This document shows, one piece after another, positions 49,341-60,653 of a stretch of DNA of 64,000 nt. Position 1 is the first letter of the stretch. Every line of letters starts with the position of its first letter. The stretch is from Clostridiales bacterium (lineage in GTDB: Bacteria > Bacillota > Clostridia > Christensenellales > CAG-314). A program made the translations under genes and the position numbers. Location: contig JAFLVK010000002.1 in the NCBI GenBank assembly GCA_022508345.1, positions 151,510 to 215,509 on the forward strand, in the 5' to 3' direction. The notes beneath the pieces are model-generated. The model was not told the origin of the DNA and made no database searches. It was given only the letters and a program-made list of their open reading frames with translations.

Positions 49341-50105
49341 CTAGTATTCTTTCTTTTCCGCTTCGAGCTTGCTCATTTCTTCCTTGTAGGAGATGAGCGA
49401 TGCAGTCGAATCGAAAATCATTTGACTTTGCATATCCACTACTACGGTGTTTGCCAATGTATCGTGCACAAAAGAATTTGTTTTGGTTACAATCAGCAAC
49501 ACAACCTGCAAAATAAACAGTGCCGCAACCAAAATAAATGCCAAAATGCCCATTTGCTGATACAAAACCAACATTATCAGCAACACGGGAAACATTGTTT
49601 CGATGGTATATTTACCCAGTATAGCGCGCACAAACAATGCGAAATTGGAAATACGAACGCTGTTGGTGAACACCACGCCCAAGCCGAAAACCTTTTTGCC
49701 CACGGTTTGACCGTTTTTCAGGCACAGAGGAATGATAAACTCGAACACCACGTACGACAGCAGCACGCTGATTGTGGTGATAAGCATGGGCAACGCAATG
49801 GACATGTTGTACGCTTTCACAGCGTCGGGATTTTCATTAAATATAGCGGAATACGCCTCTTGGTATAAATCCTTTTCTTCTTGAGTGAGATTGTCGTAAT
49901 CTTCAACAGAGATATTGAAATCTACGCCGTACTTTTCGCCGTATTCTTCGTAGTACGACTGGATTGTTTTGGTGTAGTTGTCAATTCCCGTTATCCAAGC
50001 CAAAAGGAACGCAAAACCGCTCGTCAAAACGCACAGTAAAATAAAATCCAACAAAAACGCAGAAAATCTTTTTAATAAACTGGCTTTTTGAATGTCGTAT
50101 ATCAT
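49341..50105 (-). CDS. RDD-family membrane protein
   Basis: KRFSAFLLD, GQTVGKK..L.VV and HDTLANTVVV motifs. Confidence 0.85.
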   Translation of the reverse strand: MIYDIQKASLLKRFSAFLLDFILLCVLTSGFAFLLAWITGIDNYTKTIQSYYEEYGEKYGVDFNISVEDYDNLTQEEKDLYQEAYSAIFNENPDAVKAYNMSIALPMLITTISVLLSYVVFEFIIPLCLKNGQTVGKKVFGLGVVFTNSVRISNFALFVRAILGKYTIETMFPVLLIMLVLYQQMGILAFILVAALFILQVVLLIVTKTNSFVHDTLANTVVVDMQSQMIFDSTASLISYKEEMSKLEAEKKEY

Positions 50106-50253
50106 GCGATCCTCACTGTTTCTGTTGGTTAAATGGGCATACTTCTGCTAGGATAAGTATATCACTTGCACTTGAAAATTGCAATACCCTTTTTAAAATT
50201 ATTCCGTTAACAAAAAACAAGCGCCGTTAAAATGCGCTTGTTTAGTTAGTAGT

Positions 50254-50340
50254 TTATAAAATGTACACGCAAAAGCACGTCTGTGTAGACGGCAAAAACG
50301 TGAGATAGTTTTGGTTAGTTATGTTTGATTGATTGGACAT
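50254..50340 (-). CDS. Possible 28-aa small protein (or sRNA) in its own transcription unit
   Basis: TTGACA-17-TACCAT promoter (50357-50385); GGTGAG RBS; MSNQSNITNQNYLTFLPSTQTCFCVYIL; terminator at about 50212-50242. Confidence 0.4.
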   Translation of the reverse strand: MSNQSNITNQNYLTFLPSTQTCFCVYIL

Positions 50341-50432
50341 TTGCTCACCGTTTTTTATGGTAATATATTTGCGTTCAATTGTCAAACAATTTGACTGTCT
50401 TTGTCGAATAATGACTATAGTTTATATATATG

Positions 50433-52211
50433 TTATTCTACTGTGACCGATTTAGCAAGGTTGCGCGGTTTGTCCACGTCACGCCCCAAACGCTTTGCAA
50501 CGTAATAGGCAAGTAACTGCAATGGCACTACCGACACTATGCCGTAAAGCGCAGTGTGCACCTTTGGCAAGGTTATGCACAAGGCGTCCTGGAAAGTGTA
50601 CGGGCTAACGCTAACAACATCAGCGCCGCGCGTTGCAACCTCGTTCATAGAGGAGGACATTTTCTCCTTAAGCTCGCCGTCGGTGGATATTGCAACCACA
50701 GTTACACCCTTTTCCATAAGTGCAAGCGTGCCGTGCTTCAGTTCCCCTGCCGGGTACGCTTCGGAGTGAATGTAGCTTATTTCCTTTAGCTTCAAGCTGC
50801 CCTCGCATGCCGTGGGATAGTCGCAGGTTCTTCCGATGTAAAATACCGCCGAGCTATCCTTGACCTTTTCGGCAATGGTTGCAATTTCGTAGCTGTTACT
50901 CAATATTTGTTCAATAGCCATGGGCAACGCATCAAGCCCATCCACTATTTCCGCGTACACTTTGTCGTCTAGCGTTTGGCGAATGCGCGCAATATCCAGC
51001 ATCAACAGCAGGAGTGTCACAAGCTGACAGTTGTACGCCTTGGTGCTTGCCACGGCAAACTCTCCGCCTGCGTAAATGTTTGCCACCTTGTTGCACACAA
51101 AGGACAGCTGTGACGTTTTGGTATTTGTTACTGCGTATGTGTAACCGCCAAGCTTACGCACCTTTTCTGCCGCGCGGATAGTATCTGCCGTTTCCCCGCT
51201 TTGACTGATAAACAGCGCCAGCGTGTCGGTTCCGCACGGATAGCTGTCGTAAATGAACTCACTTGCAATGACGGGCAAGATGTCGATGTCTATTAGCTTC
51301 CGTGCAACTGCGGCAATTTGCAAACCGCTGTTGTAGGCAGTACCGCAACCGATAAGATATATCCGCGTAAACCGCCTTACGGTTTCGCTGTCTATGTTCA
51401 AGCCGCCATCTTTAAAGTAGCCTTCCTTGGCAAGGCGAATTTTGGTTGGCACTTCGTATATTTCCTTCAGCATGAAGTCGCCGTCCACCTGCTCCATTTC
51501 CTCCGCCGCGTCCGTGGTGAAAAATGACACCTCTTTCATCTTGCCTTCAAAGTCGAAAAAGTACACACCCTTGTCGCCCACAACCACCACCGTTTCGTCA
51601 GGTGTGACAGCCACCTTTTCCGCCCAGTGTGATACGCAACGTATGTCCGAGCACAGATACACGCATTTCCCCGAAACGCCCACTACAAGCGGACTTTTGT
51701 TTTTGATTGCGTACAGATTGCTGTCATATGTAGAGGTAACCGCAATGGCAAAGGAACCGACAAGGCTGTTAGCCGTTGCCAGCACTGTGCCCAGCACATT
51801 GCCCGAGTAGTTGCTTTGCAACAAGTGCGCCACCGTTTCGCTGTCCGTTTGCGAGCTGAACTTCGCCCCGCGCGCACTAAGTTGCGACTTCAACGTCAAG
51901 TAGTTTTCGATAATTCCGTTGTGCACCACTGCAAAATGCTTATTCGGCGAGTAAAACGGATGCGCGTTTTCCGTAGACACGGCTCCGTGTGTAGCCCAAC
52001 GCGTGTGCCCTATTGCTATGTTGCTTTCCACTCCCTTGGGCAGCAGTCTTTCGAGGTTTTGTATACGTCCTGCCGATTTGTATATATGTATTTCGTCGCC
52101 CACCCTTGCCGCAACGCCTGCCGAGTCGTACCCGCGATATTCCAAGTACTTCAACGCCTGCAACGTGTTGCCGACAGCGTTTGCGCCAATCATGCCAAAA
52201 ATTCCGCACAT
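50433..52211 (-). CDS. glmS: Glutamine--fructose-6-phosphate aminotransferase
   Basis: MCGIFG, YRGYDSAG, GHTRWATHG, SQSGETADT and PRNLAKSVTVE motifs. Confidence 0.97.
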   Translation of the reverse strand: MCGIFGMIGANAVGNTLQALKYLEYRGYDSAGVAARVGDEIHIYKSAGRIQNLERLLPKGVESNIAIGHTRWATHGAVSTENAHPFYSPNKHFAVVHNGIIENYLTLKSQLSARGAKFSSQTDSETVAHLLQSNYSGNVLGTVLATANSLVGSFAIAVTSTYDSNLYAIKNKSPLVVGVSGKCVYLCSDIRCVSHWAEKVAVTPDETVVVVGDKGVYFFDFEGKMKEVSFFTTDAAEEMEQVDGDFMLKEIYEVPTKIRLAKEGYFKDGGLNIDSETVRRFTRIYLIGCGTAYNSGLQIAAVARKLIDIDILPVIASEFIYDSYPCGTDTLALFISQSGETADTIRAAEKVRKLGGYTYAVTNTKTSQLSFVCNKVANIYAGGEFAVASTKAYNCQLVTLLLLMLDIARIRQTLDDKVYAEIVDGLDALPMAIEQILSNSYEIATIAEKVKDSSAVFYIGRTCDYPTACEGSLKLKEISYIHSEAYPAGELKHGTLALMEKGVTVVAISTDGELKEKMSSSMNEVATRGADVVSVSPYTFQDALCITLPKVHTALYGIVSVVPLQLLAYYVAKRLGRDVDKPRNLAKSVTVE

Positions 52212-52409
52212 TATTTCTCTCCTTTGTTACGGTGTTAATATATGAAAAAGTCCGACCAAACGTGCACACCGCGACTGTGAGGCAACCGTATTACATCAAT
52301 ATGTTAGTTAGTTTGGAGTGTTTTTGTTTGACTACAATAAATTATAGTTGTATAATCTAAAGGTTGATTTTAGGTAAAAACTGTCAAAATTATTGACAGA
52401 GGAGCACAT

Positions 52410-54233
<1,824 letters not shown>

Positions 54234-54448
54234 CCCGACCAAGCGCGCGTGGGCTCGGTTGACAGCGGCTCACGCCTTGCAACCTTGCACATTGTGTGCT
54301 ACGCACCCACGCGGTCGGACTACTTAGGAAGGACACTCTGTGTCCTTTTCATTTTACACTGCAGGGGGAGATGACCGCCGCTCTCCCCTCTGCACCCCCT
54401 CACGCAAGGAAAAAACCTCGGTACACGCCCGAGGTTTTTAACATATTT
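54234..54448 (+). repeat. Structured repeat family B copy 1 (starts at the typA stop)
   Basis: Homologous to the reverse complement of 57912-58109; 31-nt identical core; covarying stems. Confidence 0.8.
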
Positions 54449-54534
54449 TCGCATTTATGCGTTCAGTCCTGCTCCGCGTCCTTTCACGCGCTCAAATATG
54501 TTCATTAGTTTTAATAATCTACTACTTAAACACA

Positions 54535-55794
54535 CTAATCAATCTCAACAAGTCGCGTGTATTCCCTTAGCGGGTACGTTCCGTCGTGAGCCTCACCGAA
54601 AAATGTTCGCGACAAGTCGCCGTTGGTCACGCGCACCACTCCCGCACAAATTAGCCGCTCGGCAAGTTCTTGCCGTTCGGTAATGTCCGATAGCAGTCCG
54701 CAAGTTTGCAAATATCCTTTTTGCTTTTTGAGCGCCTTTACAATTTCGTTACGCGGCAACGCTTTGACCCACACGTTACGGAAGGTATAAGACAATTCCA
54801 GTTCGGAATCCTCCTTCACCACAACCGACACGCCATCCTCACTCAATATTAGCGGATATTTGTTTTCCAATCTGTCGTTGTATAACTGAACGCTGTTTCG
54901 TCCGCGCATTGCCATGTCAGCTTTGCCGAAACGCTTGTTTTCCTGCTTGAATATTTCAAAAAAGCGCCTGGCAAAGCCTTGCAATTCTTCTTTGCTGTCG
55001 GTGTCGTAAAATATTCCTTGACAGGATGAACACAACACCTGTTCCGTTGCGCATATGTGGCGGGCAAGTTCGCCTAGCTGTTCATCCGTTGCCTTTTGTG
55101 TAGCGTAGGCAAAAGACAACTTGTGCCCCCACGGGATGATTTTCGTAGTTACGTCGCACATGTCACGCGCTGCACGTTGAGCCATGTCTCCACCCCACAC
55201 TACTACGCCGTCGGCAAGTTTTGCAAGGCGTTTCAGCGTTTCGAATTCCGTTGACGGCACGTCGAAAACGTAGATATAATCCGCCAGGCTCGGTTCTTCC
55301 GCAATGAGGTCGGACAGCAGCTTTACCGACAAGCCCGAATCGCCCGACGGCAGCTTCAAAATGTTGATATTACCGCTCAGCAGCCCCTCGGCAACGCTGT
55401 ACGCAGGCAGGCCGTCCACGTTACCTGCCGCAACGTGAAATAGTACGCCCAAAGGCGCAATTTTGCGCACTGTACCGCTTGAAAGCGGAGGCAGATTATC
55501 CCAGTTGCTACCCAGTTCAATTTCGCACTTGTAGCGCAGCACTTCCGCCGAAAATGCTTTCGCCATCGCCTGATAGCGCTCGTAACTTACGCCAAATTGG
55601 TTCAAAAGGGGGACGGCGATACTGTCGTAGTAGCCGTTTGCAGCCTTTTGGTACATCTTTTCGCTTGCGGCAATCACCGCTTCGGTTGTGAGCCGTTGCG
55701 GTTTGGACAATGTGTCAACAATGTCACTTTCAAGGCTTGTTATCAACTCGTCCTGTTTACTGTCCGGATATATATGTCCTTTATATAAAATCAT
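54535..55794 (-). CDS. Acyl-CoA reductase (LuxC-like)
   Basis: PLGVLFHVAAGNV, NILKLPS, VWGG, WGHKLS and QVLCSSCQ motifs. Confidence 0.85.
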   Translation of the reverse strand: MILYKGHIYPDSKQDELITSLESDIVDTLSKPQRLTTEAVIAASEKMYQKAANGYYDSIAVPLLNQFGVSYERYQAMAKAFSAEVLRYKCEIELGSNWDNLPPLSSGTVRKIAPLGVLFHVAAGNVDGLPAYSVAEGLLSGNINILKLPSGDSGLSVKLLSDLIAEEPSLADYIYVFDVPSTEFETLKRLAKLADGVVVWGGDMAQRAARDMCDVTTKIIPWGHKLSFAYATQKATDEQLGELARHICATEQVLCSSCQGIFYDTDSKEELQGFARRFFEIFKQENKRFGKADMAMRGRNSVQLYNDRLENKYPLILSEDGVSVVVKEDSELELSYTFRNVWVKALPRNEIVKALKKQKGYLQTCGLLSDITERQELAERLICAGVVRVTNGDLSRTFFGEAHDGTYPLREYTRLVEID

Positions 55795-55850
55795 AAGATT
55801 ACAATCCTCTCAAAACATGCAATTTACCTTAAATACAGCACATCCGAGCT

Positions 55851-56969
55851 TCACTTTATCAAATCTTTTAGCATTTCTTCAGCGCCCTGAGCGCAGGTTA
55901 CAACGTCTTTCACGCCTACGCGACCGAGTATTTCCAAATACGGCGATTTTTCCCCACACGCACAAGGAGTGTCGTGAAGTACGCCTATGTCGTCGGTAAG
56001 TATGCTAAGCATTGGCGCGCTGTCAAATATGGGAGTCAACAAGTTTACAAGCCCAGGTTGCCCGTTTGGCACAGGCTCGAACGTGTCAACATCTCGTATT
56101 ATTACCCTGCTGTACACAGGTACGTGAAAATGATGCTCGCGACAGTCGGTGTACAGTATCGGGTGCTCCACCGCTCCGAAAAACTCAATGACGTGCTTGT
56201 CGTCCACGCCCAACACTTCGTAGGCAAGCTTGTAGAAGTCCTGCTTGCTCACCTGTTCGGCGTAAAACTGTTTCCAACCGCCGCCAAGGCATATCAATGA
56301 GCCTTTGGGGAGCTTTACGGACAGCCCTTCTTCTTTCATCTGTCTAAGCAGGAAATACGTGTACGCGGGGAAACCCATCGTGCGTACAGGCATATGTCCC
56401 TTGGAATACTTGACAAGCTTGTTTTTGATATTGTCCAGGTCCAGTTGATATTTGCCGTTCTTCCAATCCAGCGCATACACTCTTGATGCCGCAGGTGCAA
56501 AAAAGGTAAATCCCCACGCCGACTTGGATGCGCCCAGGCTGTTACTTTTCTTTGGACGGTAACCGAAAATGACGTAACGGGTGAGCCGCGCCGACCACAG
56601 CTTGTGGTACTTGGCAACATTTACCACCATTTTAAACGCGTTCCACATCGAGCGCCAGTTGAAGCCAACAAATGATTTCACACCGCCTGTGCCGCTGGAC
56701 GTAACCTTGATGGGCATGCGACGCGTCGACATGGACAATATGCGGTGCCGTTTGAGGTACAACGTGGGCAAAAAGGGCAGCCGCTCCAAATCTTTAGCCG
56801 TCTTGATGTCGTCGGGCGAAAAGCCCGCCTTGTCCAGTATTTCTCGGTACTCTGTGCAGTGTTTGTAGTGAAAACGACAATTGTCTCGCATTGCCTTTAC
56901 AAACAGCTGCTCATTCTTTTCAATTTTGTACGGCTTTCGCGCCGCAAACAGTCTATCTACACTTGACAT
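55851..56969 (-). CDS. Acyl-protein synthetase (LuxE-like)
   Basis: TSSGTGG, GGGWK, FGAVEH, SILTDDIG and ILGRVG..TC motifs. Confidence 0.85.
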   Translation of the reverse strand: MSSVDRLFAARKPYKIEKNEQLFVKAMRDNCRFHYKHCTEYREILDKAGFSPDDIKTAKDLERLPFLPTLYLKRHRILSMSTRRMPIKVTSSGTGGVKSFVGFNWRSMWNAFKMVVNVAKYHKLWSARLTRYVIFGYRPKKSNSLGASKSAWGFTFFAPAASRVYALDWKNGKYQLDLDNIKNKLVKYSKGHMPVRTMGFPAYTYFLLRQMKEEGLSVKLPKGSLICLGGGWKQFYAEQVSKQDFYKLAYEVLGVDDKHVIEFFGAVEHPILYTDCREHHFHVPVYSRVIIRDVDTFEPVPNGQPGLVNLLTPIFDSAPMLSILTDDIGVLHDTPCACGEKSPYLEILGRVGVKDVVTCAQGAEEMLKDLIK

Positions 56970-57030
56970 ATTTAAATTGTAACATCTAAACTGCAAATTG
57001 GCAATACACTACTTTATGTTCTACCTAAAC

Positions 57031-57062
57031 AAAAAGCCGACAGAAAATCTGTCAGCTTTTTT
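57031..57062 (-). terminator. Intrinsic terminator
   Basis: AAAAAGCCGACAGA-AAA-TCTGTCAGCTTTTT. Confidence 0.65.
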
Positions 57063-57072
57063 AATATCAATA

Positions 57073-57588
57073 TTATTGCCAGTCCAATTGTTTTAAAATT
57101 TCACCGTTCACAAGTTTTAGCGTTATGCCCTGTTCGTCAATTGTCATGTAGCTGGGGGCACTGTCGCGCGGACGGGATAAGGACCCGACGTTAGCAATGT
57201 ACAAGCCGTTGTAAAGCTGCAAGCGTCCAACGTGGGTGTGTCCGTGCACCAGTACGTCACCCGTGTGTAGCATTGGCGGGATACGCATACTGTTGTAACG
57301 GTCGCCATGAGTGAAAAATAGGGTTCTTCCAAAGTGATACATAATCGCACTATCTTCCATTCCGCAAGGGAGAAAGCTCTCTGCAGTTGCGTAGTCGTTG
57401 TTCCCCTTTACTAGGTACAGCACGCCGTCAAGCTCTGCCACAAGTTCGGCAACCTGCTGGGGACTGCTCCACCCAAACAAATCACCGCACACCACCGTTT
57501 TGTCGGGGTGTTCGCGACGGGATATATCTATCGCCTGTTGCAAGCTATTTACATTGCCATGAAAGTCAGCAAATACAAGAATTTTCAA
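57073..57588 (-). CDS. Metallophosphoesterase (YfcE-like)
   Basis: ADFHG, GD, GNND, THG, GHTH and NVGS motifs; likely TTG start. Confidence 0.88.
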   Translation of the reverse strand: MKILVFADFHGNVNSLQQAIDISRREHPDKTVVCGDLFGWSSPQQVAELVAELDGVLYLVKGNNDYATAESFLPCGMEDSAIMYHFGRTLFFTHGDRYNSMRIPPMLHTGDVLVHGHTHVGRLQLYNGLYIANVGSLSRPRDSAPSYMTIDEQGITLKLVNGEILKQLDWQ

Positions 57589-57598
57589 TACATGAGCC

Positions 57599-57892
57599 TC
57601 ACAGTTGAATGTGTTCAATGCCCTCTTTGTCGCTACGCTTGTACACTACAAAGCGGTTGCCTATTGCCAGCACAGGCTCGCACTTCAGCAATTCGCACAC
57701 CTCAGCGCACATTGTCTTAGCAGTTAAATCGCAGCTTTTGAGCGCAGCCACCTTTACCAACTCGTGGTGGTAAAGCGCAACTTCAATTTCCTTTACAATA
57801 TTTTCCGTAAGCTCACCTTTGCCCACTATCACTGCGGGCTTCAAGGTATTAGCCAATGCCTTTAATTTACTTCTTTGTTTTGTCGTTATCAT
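57599..57892 (-). CDS. yhbY: RNA-binding protein YhbY (CRM)
   Basis: KQRSKLKALA..LKP..VGKG..HELVKV..IG..VYK. Confidence 0.92.
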   Translation of the reverse strand: MITTKQRSKLKALANTLKPAVIVGKGELTENIVKEIEVALYHHELVKVAALKSCDLTAKTMCAEVCELLKCEPVLAIGNRFVVYKRSDKEGIEHIQL

Positions 57893-57911
57893 AAATGTTT
57901 CCTTTGCTTTC

Positions 57912-58109
57912 AAATATGTTCCGAAAAACCACGGACCTGCGCCGAGGTTTTTCACCTTGCGGGGGATGCTGGGGCATGCGACTCCCCAGCTAAGTCAAAT
58001 CAGACAAGGATGCGGGAGCATCCTTCCACAGTAGTCCGACCGCGTGGGTGCGTAGCACACGCTAGTGCAAGGTCGCATAGTCGACCAAGTCCACGCGCGT
58101 TTGGTCGGG
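57912..58109 (-). repeat. Structured repeat family B copy 2 (starts at the obgE stop)
   Basis: Minus strand CCCGACCAAACGCGCGTGG...CCCACGCGGTCGGACTACT...AAAAACCTCGG..CCGTGGTTTTT. Confidence 0.8.
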
Positions 58110-59372
58110 TCAATCTACAAATTCAAATTCTATATCACCGACAATTACAGTGCTGCCGTCGTGCGCGCCACGTTTGCGAAGCTCGGCAATTACACCGCGC
58201 TCCTTCAACACGCGTTGGAAGTAACGGAAGCTGTCGTAGTCGTCTATGTTTACCTTGCGGGCAAGCATCGTTACCAATCCGCCCGTAACCTCGAATACGT
58301 CTTCTTCAAGCATATCAATTGCAAAGTCGTCCGTTTCCTCTTTTTGTAGCTTGACGGGGGTAAACTGCAACGGTTCAAGAGGTGGCAATGTTTCAAGCAG
58401 TTTCGCAACCGCTACAATAAGCTCGTCCACACCCTCGTGAATGATTGTCGTCATGGGAATGACCTGATACTTCTTGCCGTATTTTTTCTTGAAACGCTGC
58501 AAATTTTCCTCTGAAGAGGGCATGTCCATTTTGTTGGCGACAACAATCATGGGCAGCTCCTTGAGGCTATCGTCGTAGCTGTAAATTTCGTTGTTGATAA
58601 GTTCAAAGTCAGCTAATGGGTCGCGATCTTCACTACCGCTGATATCCAGCACATGCACCAGCAAACGCGTGCGCTCAATGTGGCGCAAAAAGCTGTGTCC
58701 CAAGCCTGCTCCCTCACTTGCGCCCTCAATAAGCCCGGGGATATCCGCCATGACAAATGTTGTGTCGTAGTACTTTACCACACCGAGATTGGGTGAAAGC
58801 GTTGTAAAGTGGTAATTGGCAATCTTGGGCTTGGCGTCGGACACAACGGACAGCAGCGTGCTTTTGCCAACATTGGGGAAGCCCACCAAGCCGACGTCTG
58901 CGATGGTTTTCAGTTCCAACGTAACTTCGTACTGCTCGGTCTTCACGCCATGCTCGGCAAACGCAGGGGATTGCCTCCTGGATGTTTTGAAGTGCCAGTT
59001 GCCTCTTCCGCCCTTACCGCCGGTGAGTATCACTTCGCGCTGTCCGTCCTCGAACATATCCGCAACAATATCTCCGTCGGCATTTTTGACAACGGTACCC
59101 ACAGGCACCTTGACAATGATGTCTGCGCCCTGCTTGCCGAAGGAGCGTTGTCTACCGCCGTTTTCGCCGTTGCCCGCGCGGAAATGCTTTTGGTAATGAA
59201 AGGCATTCAAGGTGTTTTCCGATGTGGTTGCAACAAATACAACGTCGCCACCTTTACCGCCGTCGCCACCGTCGGGTCCACCATTGGGAACGTATTTTTC
59301 CGTGTGCAGACTTGCCGAGCCGTTTCCGCCGTCGCCTGCCTTGATGTAAATTTTTACTTTGTCGATAAACAT
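58110..59372 (-). CDS. obgE: GTPase ObgE/CgtA
   Basis: GGPDGGDGG, GFPNVGKST, YHFTTL, DIPG and NKMD motifs; C-terminal OCT domain. Confidence 0.97.
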   Translation of the reverse strand: MFIDKVKIYIKAGDGGNGSASLHTEKYVPNGGPDGGDGGKGGDVVFVATTSENTLNAFHYQKHFRAGNGENGGRQRSFGKQGADIIVKVPVGTVVKNADGDIVADMFEDGQREVILTGGKGGRGNWHFKTSRRQSPAFAEHGVKTEQYEVTLELKTIADVGLVGFPNVGKSTLLSVVSDAKPKIANYHFTTLSPNLGVVKYYDTTFVMADIPGLIEGASEGAGLGHSFLRHIERTRLLVHVLDISGSEDRDPLADFELINNEIYSYDDSLKELPMIVVANKMDMPSSEENLQRFKKKYGKKYQVIPMTTIIHEGVDELIVAVAKLLETLPPLEPLQFTPVKLQKEETDDFAIDMLEEDVFEVTGGLVTMLARKVNIDDYDSFRYFQRVLKERGVIAELRKRGAHDGSTVIVGDIEFEFVD

Positions 59373-59399
59373 TGTGTAATTTTCCTTAAACAATTGTTG

Positions 59400-60653
59400 T
59401 TAGCGGGATTTGGTGTATTGTTTTACAATTGCGTGGGCAGCTTTTAGTCCGTCTGCCACAGCATTAGCCACAGTGCTTGCGCCTAGAGCGTCGCCGCCGA
59501 CGTACAGGTTAAGCCTGGGGTTAGTGGGGTTGTGACCGTCAATAAGCGATGCATAAAAAGCACCGTAAATGTTGTCCACATCGAATTTGCTGCCCAATGC
59601 GGCAACAACTGTGTCACACTCCACAACGGATGTTTCGTCTGTTACCGTCAGCTTACCTCTGCCCTCGCTTACAGTTTTGGCAAGCGTAAGCTGCAGCTTG
59701 CCGTCAATTTTTTGTAGCCTTACAGGTGCAACATTGTAGACAAATTCCACACCTTCGCTGTAAGAGTCGTCAATCTCTTTGGAAAAGGCAGGCATATCCA
59801 GTCGGGTGCGACGGTATGCAACGGTAGCGTTACCGCCACTGCGTTTTGCAAGCCGTGCACAGTCCATTGCAGTGTTTCCACCGCCGATAACTACCACGTC
59901 GCCACTGATACTTTTGCTTTTCAAAAATTCGTCATATGGCATTGCAAGCTCACTGCCCTCTATTCCCAGCCCGTACAACACGCTTGCGCCTGTTGCAACG
60001 TACACGGCGTCGTAGCTATCGGTAAGCTGTAACGCATCCTTGTGCTTTGCGCGCTGTTGATTTGTTTGCCAGGGGTATATCTTGCGCACAAATATGTCTT
60101 CAAAGTTTACGTCCTTTTTTACCACGGTGAATTTGCCGTCAATAGCTTTCAGTACTCTTTCTATTGCCTCCCGCGGCAAACGGAAATCGGGAATTAGCTT
60201 CAATGTTGACAGCAGTTCATCACGCTCGAATATCGTCACGTCGGCGCCCTGCTCGTACAGCTTGACGGCAAGCGTAATACCGCTGACACCGCCGCCCACA
60301 ACTGCAACCTTAAGTCCGTCGCTTTTGCTACCCGGGCGAACTTTACGTTCCACCTTGTAGGGATACGCTGCAAATACTGCGCGCTCCACTTCGCCCATTT
60401 TGACAGACTGCCCGTTTTTACTCAGCACGCAGCTGCCCTGACAATGCTTGTCGTGCGGGCAAACGTAGCCGCATATTTCGCCGAATGGGTGCCCTATGAC
60501 ATTTACCGCAGTGCCGTACTCTCCGTCTGCAACATGCCGCAAAAAGGTGGGAATGTCGCAACCAACAGGGCAAGCGTCCTTGCAGTGCGGGACCCTGCAC
60601 CCAAGGCAGCGCTTACATTCGATATCTAAGTTGTGAGTTACACCGTTACTCAA
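59400..60653 (-). CDS. FAD/NAD(P)H oxidoreductase, GltD/NfnB-like with N-terminal Fe-S cysteines
   Basis: RCLGC..C..ACP, CGYVCP..CQGSC, VGGG and IGGGNTAMD motifs. Confidence 0.82.
   Translation of the reverse strand: MSNGVTHNLDIECKRCLGCRVPHCKDACPVGCDIPTFLRHVADGEYGTAVNVIGHPFGEICGYVCPHDKHCQGSCVLSKNGQSVKMGEVERAVFAAYPYKVERKVRPGSKSDGLKVAVVGGGVSGITLAVKLYEQGADVTIFERDELLSTLKLIPDFRLPREAIERVLKAIDGKFTVVKKDVNFEDIFVRKIYPWQTNQQRAKHKDALQLTDSYDAVYVATGASVLYGLGIEGSELAMPYDEFLKSKSISGDVVVIGGGNTAMDCARLAKRSGGNATVAYRRTRLDMPAFSKEIDDSYSEGVEFVYNVAPVRLQKIDGKLQLTLAKTVSEGRGKLTVTDETSVVECDTVVAALGSKFDVDNIYGAFYASLIDGHNPTNPRLNLYVGGDALGASTVANAVADGLKAAHAIVKQYTKSR

Noticed and set aside
52212-52340. glmS ribozyme upstream of glmS
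   Set aside because: The conserved AGCGCC...GACGAGG core is not present. A short CCGACCAAACG match to repeat family B is too short to call.
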